This document shows, piece after piece, positions 31,695 through 42,417 of a stretch of 64,000 bases of DNA. The translations under genes and the position numbers were made by a program. Each line of letters starts with the position of its first letter. Within the stretch, counting starts at the first letter, position 1. The stretch covers positions 288,001 to 352,000 of the forward strand of contig CALSPG010000005.1 in NCBI GenBank assembly GCA_943788175.1, written 5' to 3'. The stretch is from an uncultured bacterium (GTDB lineage Bacteria > Fidelibacterota > Marinisomatia > Marinisomatales > UBA1611). The notes below the pieces were generated by a model. That model saw nothing but the letters and a program-made list of their open reading frames with translations, ran no database searches and was not told the DNA's origin.

Positions 31695-33697
31695 TGGCTA
31701 GGTTAAACGGGTTTACAAAAAAACAATTAATGGACATATATGGCCTTATGGTTTTAGCGAGGGAACTCGACAATAAGATGCTTATTTTATTAAAGCAGGG
31801 GAAAGGCTTTTTTCATATGGGTTGTTCCGGGCACGAAGCTGCTCAAGTTGCGGCAGGATTAACGTTCAAAAAAGAAAAAGATTGGTCTTATCCTTATTAT
31901 AGAGATGGTGCATATACACTTACGCTCGGAGTAACTATAAAAGAGCATTTATTATCATTTCTTGCTAGGGCAGATGACCCAGCATCTGGTGGAAGGCAAA
32001 TGCCGATGCATTACAGCAATAAGAAATTAAGAATTGTTTCTCAGTCTAGTGCGACAGGAACACAATATCTTCAAGCTGTTGGGTGTGCTTTATCTAGAAA
32101 ATTAGACAATTCAAAAGAAGTGGTATACGTCTCATCAGGCGAGGGGACTACTAGTCAAGGTGATTTCCATGAAGCTCTTAATTGGGCTGGGAGGGAAAAA
32201 GCTCCTGTCATATTTCATATCCAAGATAATGAATATGCGATAAGTACCCACCGTTCAGAACAGACTGCGGGCTCGGTGTACTCACTGGTAAGTGGTTATG
32301 AAAATTTATCAAAATATGAAGTAGATGGCACTAATTTCTTTGAATCACATCTTGCATTTAAACAAGCAGTTGAAAGGGCTAAAAGAGGAAAAGGCCCGTC
32401 AGTCATTGTATCAAATGTGGTTAGGCTGCTGCCTCACTCAAGTTCTGATGACCAAAGAAAGTATAGAAGCGATAAAGCCTTGAAAAAAGACCTTGATCGT
32501 GACCCTATTATCTTATTCAAGAAAAATTGTATTGATGAAGGTATTTTTTCATTAAAAGATGCAGAAAAAATTGAAGCAAAAGCAAAAGAACAAATTGCTT
32601 TAGACGCATCTTGGGCTGAGCTACAAAGTCACCCAGATAAAAAAACAGCCCTGAGGTATGTTTTTAGCGAAGATACGATAAAATCGGAAACTAAATTAAC
32701 AAAGATATCCGATAGTGTAGTTATAGTGGACGCAATTAACCACGCTCTTCATGAAGAAATGGAAAAAAATAATCGTATGGTCATTTTTGGACAAGATATT
32801 GCTGATCCTAAGGGAGGTGTTTTTACGGCAACTAAAGGCCTTTCAACTAAATTTGGCAAAAAAAGAGTTTTTAACTCACCGTTAGCTGAGTCTAGCATCA
32901 TTGGTACAGCGGTTGGGATGGCCGTCACTGGATATAAGCCTGTTGTTGAAATTCAGTTTGGAGATTATATATGGACGGCTATGATGCAGATTCGCAATGA
33001 AGTCTCTGTCATGAGGTACAGGTCAAACAACAATTGGAGTGCTCCCATAGTTATTAGAGTGCCGGTGGGTGGATATATTCATGGTGCATTGTGTCATAGT
33101 CAATCAATTGATGGGTATTTTATACACATGCCAGGTATTTACATAGCTTATCCTTCAAATGCTCGAGATGCTAAAGGATTATTGAAGATGGCTTGCAGAA
33201 TGAAAGATCCAGTAATATTCATGGAACACAAAGGATTATATCGTCAGCCCTACGCCTCTACAGAAGAACCTGGTAAAAACTATATTTTGCCGTTTGGTAA
33301 AGCTAGTTACATTTCTAAAGGGGCTCACATAACTTTAATATGTTGGGGGGCAATGGTTCAAAAAAGTTTAGATGCGATTCAAAGCCTCGAGTTGAGTGAA
33401 GATATTGTAGAAATTATTGATCTTCGAACCCTTAATCCCATTGATTATGATATGATCAAAGAATCAATTACCAAAACAGGTAAAGCACTAGTTGTCTATG
33501 AGGATAATATCACAAATGGTCCGGGTTCAGAAATATGTTCAATCATTGCAGATAAATATTTTGAGTATTTAGATGGTCCTGTTCGAAGGGTAGCTTCAAA
33601 AGATAGTCCAGTGCCATATAATTGGTTTTTAGAAGAAAATGTTTTAGTTCAAACTGAAGATATAGCAAGTGCTATCAAAGAATTGTTGGAGTATTAG
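31694..33697 (+). CDS. 2-oxoacid dehydrogenase E1, fused alpha/beta (branched-chain type likely)
   Basis: GEGTTSQGDFHE TPP motif, PHSSSDD, FNSPLAE, EIQF.DY, HSQS. Confidence 0.9.
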   Translation: MARLNGFTKKQLMDIYGLMVLARELDNKMLILLKQGKGFFHMGCSGHEAAQVAAGLTFKKEKDWSYPYYRDGAYTLTLGVTIKEHLLSFLARADDPASGGRQMPMHYSNKKLRIVSQSSATGTQYLQAVGCALSRKLDNSKEVVYVSSGEGTTSQGDFHEALNWAGREKAPVIFHIQDNEYAISTHRSEQTAGSVYSLVSGYENLSKYEVDGTNFFESHLAFKQAVERAKRGKGPSVIVSNVVRLLPHSSSDDQRKYRSDKALKKDLDRDPIILFKKNCIDEGIFSLKDAEKIEAKAKEQIALDASWAELQSHPDKKTALRYVFSEDTIKSETKLTKISDSVVIVDAINHALHEEMEKNNRMVIFGQDIADPKGGVFTATKGLSTKFGKKRVFNSPLAESSIIGTAVGMAVTGYKPVVEIQFGDYIWTAMMQIRNEVSVMRYRSNNNWSAPIVIRVPVGGYIHGALCHSQSIDGYFIHMPGIYIAYPSNARDAKGLLKMACRMKDPVIFMEHKGLYRQPYASTEEPGKNYILPFGKASYISKGAHITLICWGAMVQKSLDAIQSLELSEDIVEIIDLRTLNPIDYDMIKESITKTGKALVVYEDNITNGPGSEICSIIADKYFEYLDGPVRRVASKDSPVPYNWFLEENVLVQTEDIASAIKELLEY

Positions 33698-34987
33698 ATG
33701 GTTATTGATGTAGTGATGCCTAAAATGGGTGAAAGTATTACTGAGGGTACGATACTTGAGTGGTATAAAAAAATTGGGGATGAAATTGAGCAAGATGAAA
33801 CATTGCTTGAGATAGGAACTGATAAAGTTGACTCTGAGATCCCATCTCCAAGCAGTGGTGTCATTACGATGATAATGGCAGAGCCGAATGATGTTGTAGA
33901 TGTTGGAGAAGTGATTGCCAGAATAGAAACAGATTCCAAGTCAGTAAATTTAGAAAAAAGTTCAGAAGTCCCCAAAGATCAAAAGCCTATTGAAAAGCCT
34001 GAAAAAGTAGTAAAAGAAAAAGATGTTCAAATTCAAAATGAACAAAAATCTTTTAATATATCAAGCTCAACTAAAGGGCCTATCCTTTCTCCGGCAGTCA
34101 CTAAATTGGCGAACCAAGAAGGTATTAGCTTTAGTGAACTGGCATTAATTAAGGGTACTGGGAAGTTAAATCGAATTACAAAAAAAGATTTAGAAATGTA
34201 CTTATCCTCTGGTAATAGATCGATCGACAAAAGTTCAATGCAATTGCCAAAAGAGTCTTCATTAAGTTTTGAATTTGCTTCAAACAGTAAAACAGATAAA
34301 CTAGATAATATGAGGAAAAGAATATCAGAGCATATGCGTTATAGTTTGAATACTTCTGCGCATGTACATATTATGAATGAAGTAGATATGACGGACATAG
34401 TTAATTTTGTCAAGAGAGAGGAGGCTTCTTTTCGCTCTAAAGAAGGGTTTAACCTTACTATAACACCATTTATAATTTTTTCATTAGCAAAAGTTTTAAA
34501 TGAAATGCCTGAATTAAATTCATCTCTTGATGGCGATTTAGTCATTCAACATCCACAAATAAATATGGGCATAGCTGTTTCAGTTGATGGTGGTTTAATG
34601 GTCCCTAGCATTAATAATTGTGGTGAGAAAAATTTGCTGGGTATATGTCGTGATTTAAATGCTATTGTGCAAAAAACTCGAGAGAGAGCTATTAATCCTG
34701 ATGATTTACAAGGCTCAACTTTTACCTTATCTAACTTTGGGGTATTTGGTGCGACAATAGGAACTCCTATCATAAACCAACCTAATGTTGGTATCTTAGG
34801 TACTGGGGTAATTAAAAAGCAACCTGTAGTAATAGAGAAAAATGATTTAGATGTTATAGCTATTAGGCAGATGATGATGCTTTCTCTGGGTTTTGACCAT
34901 CGATTAATTGATGGTGCAGGAGGAGCTTTATTTTTGTCAAAAATTAAAAATATTTTAGAAAATTTTAACTTTGAAAATATTCTTTAA
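33698..34987 (+). CDS. Dihydrolipoamide acyltransferase E2
   Basis: MPKMGES, TDKVDSE lipoyl site, GTG...RITK.D, FDHRLIDG. Confidence 0.92.
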   Translation: MVIDVVMPKMGESITEGTILEWYKKIGDEIEQDETLLEIGTDKVDSEIPSPSSGVITMIMAEPNDVVDVGEVIARIETDSKSVNLEKSSEVPKDQKPIEKPEKVVKEKDVQIQNEQKSFNISSSTKGPILSPAVTKLANQEGISFSELALIKGTGKLNRITKKDLEMYLSSGNRSIDKSSMQLPKESSLSFEFASNSKTDKLDNMRKRISEHMRYSLNTSAHVHIMNEVDMTDIVNFVKREEASFRSKEGFNLTITPFIIFSLAKVLNEMPELNSSLDGDLVIQHPQINMGIAVSVDGGLMVPSINNCGEKNLLGICRDLNAIVQKTRERAINPDDLQGSTFTLSNFGVFGATIGTPIINQPNVGILGTGVIKKQPVVIEKNDLDVIAIRQMMMLSLGFDHRLIDGAGGALFLSKIKNILENFNFENIL

Positions 34988-35850
34988 TGTCAGAATTAAT
35001 ACAAAAACCTCACAAACCAAAGATTAAGCTCCAAATAGGAGAGAATTATAAATTTGTCAATAATGTTGTTAAAAATTATAATTTAAATACTGTATGCGCT
35101 GAAGCCAATTGTCCAAATATATACGAGTGTTGGAATAGAGGAACAGCTACGGTTATGATACTTGGAGATACTTGCACAAGAGCTTGTGGATTTTGTGCTG
35201 TTAAAACTGGTAAACCATCTTGGGATGATCCATTAGAGCCATATAGGACTGCGATGGCAGTCAAAAAGATGGATTTAAATCATGTCGTTATTACTAGTGT
35301 AGACAGAGATGATATAAAAAATGATTATGGTTCATCAATTTGGGCTAAAACAATTGAAGAAATACATAAGAATGTTCCAGGGTGTACGGTTGAAGTCCTG
35401 ACACCTGATTTTCAAGGTCACAGTGCTTCATTGGAAAAAGTTTTTCGCGCTAATCCTGAAATATTTAGTCATAATGTAGAATGCGTTGAAAGAATAAGTA
35501 AAGAGGTAAGAACCCAATCTAATTGGCAAAGAAGTTTAAATGTGCTTAGAAGTTCGGCAAACTATGGATTACGAACAAAAACGGGTATTATGGTTGGTCT
35601 AGGTGAAACTTTTGATGAAGTTCTAAAAACAATGGAAGAAACATATTATGCTGGGGTCTCTATCTTTACAATTGGGCAGTATTTACAACCAACTGGAAAG
35701 CATCTTAAAGTACAGCGGTACGTCTCTGATACAGAGTTTAAAAATTATAAAAATTTTGGTTTGAAAATAGGCTTTGATGTTATCGAGTCTGGGCCTCTAG
35801 TTCGTAGCTCTTATCACGCAGATGAACAAGCTCGAATCATAAGAAGATAA
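34987..35850 (+). CDS. lipA: Lipoyl synthase
   Basis: CxxxxCxxxxxC plus CxxxCxxC, GQYLQP, RSSYHA. Confidence 0.96.
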   Translation: MSELIQKPHKPKIKLQIGENYKFVNNVVKNYNLNTVCAEANCPNIYECWNRGTATVMILGDTCTRACGFCAVKTGKPSWDDPLEPYRTAMAVKKMDLNHVVITSVDRDDIKNDYGSSIWAKTIEEIHKNVPGCTVEVLTPDFQGHSASLEKVFRANPEIFSHNVECVERISKEVRTQSNWQRSLNVLRSSANYGLRTKTGIMVGLGETFDEVLKTMEETYYAGVSIFTIGQYLQPTGKHLKVQRYVSDTEFKNYKNFGLKIGFDVIESGPLVRSSYHADEQARIIRR

Positions 35851-35945
35851 TTCGGAAAGCTCTTTCAGACAATATGATTATGTTTTATACGCCATAATTG
35901 CATAGTTAGTTATATTAAATGACTAAAATTAAATACATTATATCA

Positions 35946-35961
35946 TGGCATAATGATTGTC
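35946..35961 (+). promoter_or_regulatory. Possible sigma-54-like promoter of lon
   Basis: tggcataatgattgtc: GG and GT at -24/-12 spacing, imperfect -12 (TTGT for TTGC). Confidence 0.3.
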
Positions 35962-35991
35962 AAATGATAGTAACAAAAATATAGGATTATC

Positions 35992-38397
35992 ATGGCTGAT
36001 AAATTATCAGAAAAAGACATCGAAAACATAAATATTGAAGGCTCCGAGGAGTATGCTGTTATGCCATTGCGTAATACGGTATTATTTCCCCAGCAGGTTA
36101 TTCCGATTTATATTGGAAGAGAAAAATCACTAAAACTCATATCTGACATTGAGCTTGAAAAGAAAAAATATATAATTGTTGTTGCGCAGGAAGATGGTTC
36201 AATCGAAGATCCAAATACTGAGGACCTCTACTCATATGGAACCTTAGCGACTGTTCTTAAGGTTTTTGCGATGCCTGATAATAGTAAATCAGCTATTGTT
36301 CAGGGTATCGCCCGTGTTAAAATTTTAGATTACTTGAGTAAAGAACCATACTTTAAAGCTGTTGCAAGTAAAGTAAATGACGATCCAATAGTAGATGAAT
36401 TAGAAATTGATGGTATTACTGAAAACTTTAGAAAATCTTTTTCAGACCTTATTAAAGTTGCTCCGAACCTAACGGAAGAACATACAGGCATGTTATCTAA
36501 TATAAAAAAGGCGAACAGATTAGTTGATCGAGCTATTTCTCTTATGACTTTATCGAACCAAGAGAAGCAAGAAATTCTTGAGGAAGTCAATATAAAAAGT
36601 AGATTAGAAAAAGCAAATTCGATTATTAATAGAGAGACACAAAGAATTAAGCTTGGCGAAGAGATTCAAACTGAAGTTCATGATGAAATTGCGAAAACTC
36701 AGAGAGAGTATTATCTCAGAGAGCAAATGAAAGCAATTCAAAAAGAACTCGGTGAAGACGAAGGGACAGTAGAAACTAAAGAATTAGAGGAGCGAATTAA
36801 AGCTGCGAAAATGCCAGAAGCTTCTGAATCTGTGGCTATGAAAGAATTAGATAGGTTGTCCCGAATTCCTACCCAGTCTCCTGAGTACAATGTTTCAAGA
36901 ACCTATATAGAATGGATTGTAGATCTCCCATGGAGTAAATCATCAGAGGATAGAGTAGATTTAGAAGAGGCCTTAAAAATTCTTGACCATGATCATTATG
37001 GATTAGGAAAAGTTAAAGATAGAATTATTGAATATTTAGCTGTTAGAAACTTAAAACAGAAAAGAAACCCGGATGGTAGTGTTAGAGGTCCTATATTATG
37101 TTTTGGTGGTCCTCCTGGAGTAGGTAAAACATCATTAGGTAAATCTATAGCTAGGGCAATGGGGAGAGAGTTTATAAGGTTATCTTTAGGTGGTGTAAGA
37201 GACGAAGCAGAAATTAGAGGGCATAGGAGAACTTATATTGGCGCTCTTCCAGGAAGAATAATTCAAAACATTAAAAAAGCAGGAACAAATAATCCCGTAT
37301 TTATGTTGGATGAAGTGGATAAATTAGGATCAGATTATAGGGGTGATCCATCCTCAGCGATGTTAGAAGTTCTAGACCCTGAGCAAAATCATTCTTTTAA
37401 TGATCACTATCTTGAGCTTGATTTTGATTTGAGTAAAGTTATGTTTATTGCGACTGCAAATAATTATGGGAATATTCCACCTGCTTTACGAGATAGAATG
37501 GAAATGCTAGAATTTTCAGGATATATTCAGGATGAAAAGCTTCAAATAGCAAAAAAGCATTTAATACCGAAACAGGTAAAAGAAAACGGACTTACTAAGT
37601 CAGAAGTATCAATGGATAATAACTCGATTAAGGAATTAATTAGTTCTTACACTAGAGAAGCAGGTGTTAGACAGCTCGAGAGGGAAATAGCAAATGTGTT
37701 GAGAAAAGTTGCTAGGGATATTGTTGAAGATAAAGAAAAAAATATAAAGGTAACTAAATCGAAAGTTCAAGACTATTTAGGAGCCTCTAAATTTTATTCT
37801 GATCTAGCAGAAAGAGCGACAGAACCAGGAGTCGTCACAGGTTTAGCTTGGACTGCTGCTGGGGGCGATATTCTCTTTATTGAGTCTTCAAAAATGAAGG
37901 GTAAGGGTAAGTTAACCCTGACAGGTCAATTAGGAGATGTAATGAAAGAGTCAGCAACTGCAGGCATGACATATGTTAGAGCGCATGCGAATGATTTTGG
38001 AATTGAGTCAAATTTTAACGAAGAACTTGATTTGCATGTCCATGTTCCAGCAGGAGCTATTCCGAAAGATGGTCCCTCAGCAGGTGTTAGCATGATAACA
38101 TCATTAGTCTCTCTTATAACTGGTGTCCCTGTTAAAAGCAAAGTGGCAATGACTGGTGAAATAACACTTAGAGGTAATGTCTTGCCGATTGGTGGGGTAA
38201 AAGAAAAAGTTACCGCTGCTCATAGGGCTGGTATTAAAGAGGTCATATTACCTTACTTAAATCAAAAAGACATTGAAGATGTACCTGAAAACGTATCTAA
38301 AGATATTAAATTTCATTTTGCGAAAGAAATCTGGGATGTTTTAAAGGTCGCATTGCCAAAGATTGCAAAGAACAGGAAAAATACTAAAGCTAAATAG
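35992..38397 (+). CDS. lon: ATP-dependent protease La
   Basis: GPPGVGKTS, GHRRTYIGA, PKDGPSAG, IGGVKEK. Confidence 0.97.
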   Translation: MADKLSEKDIENINIEGSEEYAVMPLRNTVLFPQQVIPIYIGREKSLKLISDIELEKKKYIIVVAQEDGSIEDPNTEDLYSYGTLATVLKVFAMPDNSKSAIVQGIARVKILDYLSKEPYFKAVASKVNDDPIVDELEIDGITENFRKSFSDLIKVAPNLTEEHTGMLSNIKKANRLVDRAISLMTLSNQEKQEILEEVNIKSRLEKANSIINRETQRIKLGEEIQTEVHDEIAKTQREYYLREQMKAIQKELGEDEGTVETKELEERIKAAKMPEASESVAMKELDRLSRIPTQSPEYNVSRTYIEWIVDLPWSKSSEDRVDLEEALKILDHDHYGLGKVKDRIIEYLAVRNLKQKRNPDGSVRGPILCFGGPPGVGKTSLGKSIARAMGREFIRLSLGGVRDEAEIRGHRRTYIGALPGRIIQNIKKAGTNNPVFMLDEVDKLGSDYRGDPSSAMLEVLDPEQNHSFNDHYLELDFDLSKVMFIATANNYGNIPPALRDRMEMLEFSGYIQDEKLQIAKKHLIPKQVKENGLTKSEVSMDNNSIKELISSYTREAGVRQLEREIANVLRKVARDIVEDKEKNIKVTKSKVQDYLGASKFYSDLAERATEPGVVTGLAWTAAGGDILFIESSKMKGKGKLTLTGQLGDVMKESATAGMTYVRAHANDFGIESNFNEELDLHVHVPAGAIPKDGPSAGVSMITSLVSLITGVPVKSKVAMTGEITLRGNVLPIGGVKEKVTAAHRAGIKEVILPYLNQKDIEDVPENVSKDIKFHFAKEIWDVLKVALPKIAKNRKNTKAK

Positions 38398-38428
38398 AGT
38401 AATATTTCTTAATATTATCGTACATATT

Positions 38429-38502
38429 GGGCGTTTAGCTCAGCTGGTCAGAGCGCTGCCCTTACAAGGCAGATGTCGGGAGTTCGAATCTCTCAACGCC
38501 CA
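38429..38502 (+). tRNA. tRNA-Val (anticodon TAC); CCA not encoded
   Basis: Acceptor GGGCGTT/AACGCCC, D-arm AGCTCAGCTGGTCAGAGC, anticodon arm CTGCC-ctTACaa-GGCAG, T-loop GTTCGAATC. Confidence 0.96.
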
Positions 38503-38510
38503 CTTCTCAG

Positions 38511-38540
38511 AAACCCTCGTTTATTGACGGGGGTTTTTGT
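38511..38540 (+). terminator. Intrinsic terminator after tRNA-Val (repeated after the right att copy at ~48477-48506)
   Basis: aaaccctcgt-ttattg-acgggggttt followed by T-rich tract. Confidence 0.75.
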
Positions 38541-38739
38541 TTTTATATAAGTCTGTCAAAGTTATCATTCCTTATCATTGTATGACATTTATAATAATTG
38601 GACACATATTTGGAGGACACAACCTAATTCAATTCTTATCTCAACCAAAGTAGGGGGGCATACCCCGTTTGATAGGGGGGGTAGGTATGTGTATATAAGA
38701 CGCTCACACATTGAAGGGTAATTTTTTGTAGGTTTAGAT

Positions 38740-38892
38740 ATGGAAATAATTAAGAAATTCTTTGATGGTATTGCTAAGTTTAATTTGAGGAAGTTGAAAG
38801 ATGCTTTTCCATCAATAGCAGATAAGATTGATGTAAGACTAACTCCACCCGATGATGATGCATATTTTACTAACCTTTTAAAGGTCATATAA
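38740..38892 (+). pseudogene. Remnant of a paralogous integrase C-terminus
   Basis: AKFNLRKLKDAFPSIADKIDVRLTPPDDDAYFTNLLKVI* aligns to AKFNLRKLRDDFPSLKERINLRLTPPSEDSYFTTLLNAI* ending at 48316. Confidence 0.8.
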
Positions 38893-39070
38893 GGAATCCT
38901 TTTTACTACATACTCGGTTTTAAAGAGGGGACGTACTTACCCATATGATAGTTAAGTGATTGGGTATTTATATAACCAAAATATTCTACAAATTTAATTC
39001 TATCAATATTAAGTTTTCCCTCTGTTTAAACCTTTTTAATTAACATACCTATCATAAATATTTTTAGAAA

Positions 39071-40993
39071 ATGAATGAAGACATTAAACTTGCTATAAAA
39101 ATTCGTTCCATTGAGGAAAATTTTCTTGAAATGTTTTCCGAGGGTTTATTAAATGGTACAGTTCATACATGCATAGGACAAGAGCTGTCAGGCGTAGGGA
39201 TATCAAAATTTTTAAATAGAGACGATTTTGTTTTTAGTAACCATAGGTGCCATGGTCATTATATTTCATTTACTAAAAAATATAAAAACTTAATAGATGA
39301 ACTAATGGGGAAAGAATCTGGAGTATGTGGTGGCATTGGTGGTAGTCAGCATATAGCGAGTGATAATTTCTTTTCTAATGGGCCTCAGGGGTCTTTGGCA
39401 CCTGTTGCAGTTGGCGTAGCTGAAGGTTTAAAACGCAAAAAAAATAACTCTGTTTCTGTTTGCTTCATCGGTGATGGCACAATGGGTGAAGGTATAATCT
39501 ATGAATCTATGAACTTGATGTCCCTTTATGAATTGCCGATGATTTTGGTATGCGAAAATAACATGTATGCACAATCAACTAGTATAAAAAGTAATTTATC
39601 GGGCGATATCAATTTAAGAGCATCTTCATTTGGAATAAAAGTTTATGAACTTAATACTTGGGATTATGAGGGTCTAATAAAATCCTCTCAAGAGGCAATA
39701 TCAAACGCAAGAAAAAATATCCCATCTTTCATTCATATTAATACTTACAGGTTAAAGGCTCATTCAAAAGGAGATGATAACAGAGATGGAAATGAAATTA
39801 AAGAATTCGAAAAAAAGATTTAATAAATAATTTTATCTTAAACAATGATGAATACGCTAAATATTATAAAGAAATAAAAGATAAAATTAGAGCTTATTCT
39901 AATTCAGTTAGTGAAAATTCTCAAATGGACAAAAATAAATATGTGGACGGTGAGAAGCTTAAACTATATAAAAAAATATTCATTATGTGATGTGAGAATT
40001 GAAAAAAAGCAATCAGATTTAATTAATAATTATTTTCATGAAAGCATAAATGATGATAAAAATATTTTATTGATTGGTGAAGATATTAAAGATCCTTATG
40101 GCGGAGCTTTTAAAATAACAAAAGGGTTATCTGATAGATATAATGAAAATGTTATTTCCACCCCTATTTCTGAAGCTGCAATAGTAGGCATGGGTATTGG
40201 ACTATCCATTCTAGGCTTTAAGCCTTACGTAGAAATCATGTTTGGAGACTTTATCACATATGCGTTTGATCAAATAGTTTCTAATGCTTCTAAGTTTTAT
40301 CATATGTACAATAAAAAGTACAATGTCCCTCTAGTTATAAGGACTCCCATGGGTGGAAATAGAGGCTATGGGCCAACACATTCACAAAGTATTGAAAAAT
40401 TCTTCATTGGCGTAAATAACATTCAAATAGTCGCGCTTAATACATTATTGAAGCCAAAAGAAATATATGAATCAATTAAAAATTTTAAACATCTTACACT
40501 TTTAATCGAAAATAAAGTTGATTATGGAAGATTAATCAATTATTCGCCTAAATCTATTAATTATGAATTCAAAAAATCCGACTCTGATTATCCGATAATT
40601 ACTGGAGAGCCTGTCAGTGCTAAAGCAAAAATAAGTGTTATTACTTATGGTGGTTCTATCCATCCTGTATTAGAAAGCATAGACGATATATTTTTTGAGT
40701 TTGAAGAATTTATTAAAGTAATTGTAATTACTAAACTGTATCCACTCGACATGGAAGAATTATCATTACTAACAAAGGATTCTTATTTTATAATTACGGT
40801 AGAAGAGAGTAATATTGAAGGTGGGTTTGGTTCAGAAATAATCTCTGGTCTTTCAGAAATAGAAAATGAAAAACAAAAAAAATACTTAAGGATTGGTTCG
40901 GAAAATGTACCTATACCATCAACAAAAAAACTTGAAAGTGAGATTTTAGTTTCTAAAGATTTAATTGTCCGAAAAATGAAAGAAATGTTATGA
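39071..40993 (+). CDS. Divergent PDH-like E1 alpha/beta (probably one fused ORF broken by two compensating A-run indels at ~39815 and ~39972)
   Basis: HTCIGQE, HRCHGH, GDGTMGEG TPP motif, TYR..AHS; beta part STPISEA, EIMFGDF, GPTHSQS; ORFs 39071 and 39911 share a frame, bridged by an open shifted frame. Confidence 0.8.
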
Positions 40994-42189
40994 GCGTAAT
41001 TGAAACTTTGAAAATCCCTCAAGATAATGTAAACGATAATGATGTGACTATATCAAGCATTTTCATTGAAAAGAATGATTATGTTGATGTAAATACTCTT
41101 GTTTTAGATTATGAGACATCAAAAGCAAATTTTGAATTATTTATTACAAAGTCAGGCTATGTGCAGCTTAATTGCAAAGAGGGGGAGATTGTTAAAATTG
41201 GACAAACTATTGGTATTGTTTCAGATGACAAAGATTACGTCCATCAATTTGAAGAAAATATAAATGAGAAAGAATTTTCTAAACAAACATTCAGCAAAAA
41301 AGCAGAAATTTTAATTAATGAAATGTCAATTGATAAGAGTGTCTTTAAGTATGAACAATTTGTCACTGAGGAAATTGTTAGAAATTTTTTAAATGATTCA
41401 AATGACATTATACCAAGTGGTGACATAATTAAAATTTCTCCACGAAAATATTTTGAGATAAAAAACTTAACTAATGTTAGTAGGAACGGGCTCGTTTCTA
41501 CAATTGAAAAAACAATCAATAGTTCTATAGTTGATACGGACTCAATTTATGAAAAAAATGAGTTTAAAGGGTCATTATCTATTTTGCTCATTAAAGTAAT
41601 ATCAGACTTACTTAAAATAGAAAAATATAAACATTTAAATAGTTATTGCGACGGGGAAAATATCTATATTAATAATGATGTAAATTTTGGTCTAGCGCTC
41701 AATTTAGGTTCTGGTCTAAAAATAGGAGTTATAAAAAAATCTAATTCTTTATCAATTAATGAAATAGAATCAAAAACAATACAGTTAATAGATAAATACA
41801 TTGATGATAAACTTCAAAAAGAAGATATTGAGGATTTTTCAATTGTATTGACTGATTTAACAGAAAAAGAGATTGATAACTTTACACCTCTCATTACTTC
41901 TTCAAATACAATAATGATTGGTTTATGTGGAGTAAAAGGTTCAACCCAAAGATTAATAATCTCATTTGATCACAGAGTTTCAGATGGATTAGAAATTGCA
42001 AATTTTATGAATGATATTATATCAACTTTAAAAAATGAATATCCCAATTTTATTGATGAAAATAGTTGTTCATCGTGTTTAAAAACTATTGAAGAAGATA
42101 AAGAGCTTGATACTCCGGGTCTAATAAGAATACTAGGTCATGATAAAACATTAAAATTCATTTGTAGAAATTGTTTAGAAGGATTTTAA
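40990..42189 (+). CDS. Divergent E2-like acyltransferase with lipoyl domain and C-terminal CxxC...CxxC extension
   Basis: ETSKA lipoyl-lysine motif, SFDHRVSDG catalytic motif, CSSC...CRNC tail. Confidence 0.78.
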   Translation: MSVIETLKIPQDNVNDNDVTISSIFIEKNDYVDVNTLVLDYETSKANFELFITKSGYVQLNCKEGEIVKIGQTIGIVSDDKDYVHQFEENINEKEFSKQTFSKKAEILINEMSIDKSVFKYEQFVTEEIVRNFLNDSNDIIPSGDIIKISPRKYFEIKNLTNVSRNGLVSTIEKTINSSIVDTDSIYEKNEFKGSLSILLIKVISDLLKIEKYKHLNSYCDGENIYINNDVNFGLALNLGSGLKIGVIKKSNSLSINEIESKTIQLIDKYIDDKLQKEDIEDFSIVLTDLTEKEIDNFTPLITSSNTIMIGLCGVKGSTQRLIISFDHRVSDGLEIANFMNDIISTLKNEYPNFIDENSCSSCLKTIEEDKELDTPGLIRILGHDKTLKFICRNCLEGF

Positions 42190-42191
42190 AC

Positions 42192-42413
42192 ATGAGCGAT
42201 CTAATAATAAAAAAAATAGTTTCAGTATTTCTTAAAACTAAACCGAATAAAATTACAAATGATACCATAATTGACACCTCGGTAATACAGGGGAGTGTGT
42301 TGTTTCATAGAATGATTGCACGTATAAATGATTATTGTAATATTGAAATTGAAAATTATGATAAAATTCATACTTTCCAAGATTTATTAGATCAAATTAA
42401 ATTAAAGCAATGA
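42192..42413 (+). CDS. Acyl carrier protein-like (atypical)
   Basis: ~73 aa; Ser in 'QGSV' at the expected helix-2 position, TFQDL C-terminal pattern; followed by PPTase. Confidence 0.55.
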   Translation: MSDLIIKKIVSVFLKTKPNKITNDTIIDTSVIQGSVLFHRMIARINDYCNIEIENYDKIHTFQDLLDQIKLKQ

Positions 42414-42417
42414 GTTT

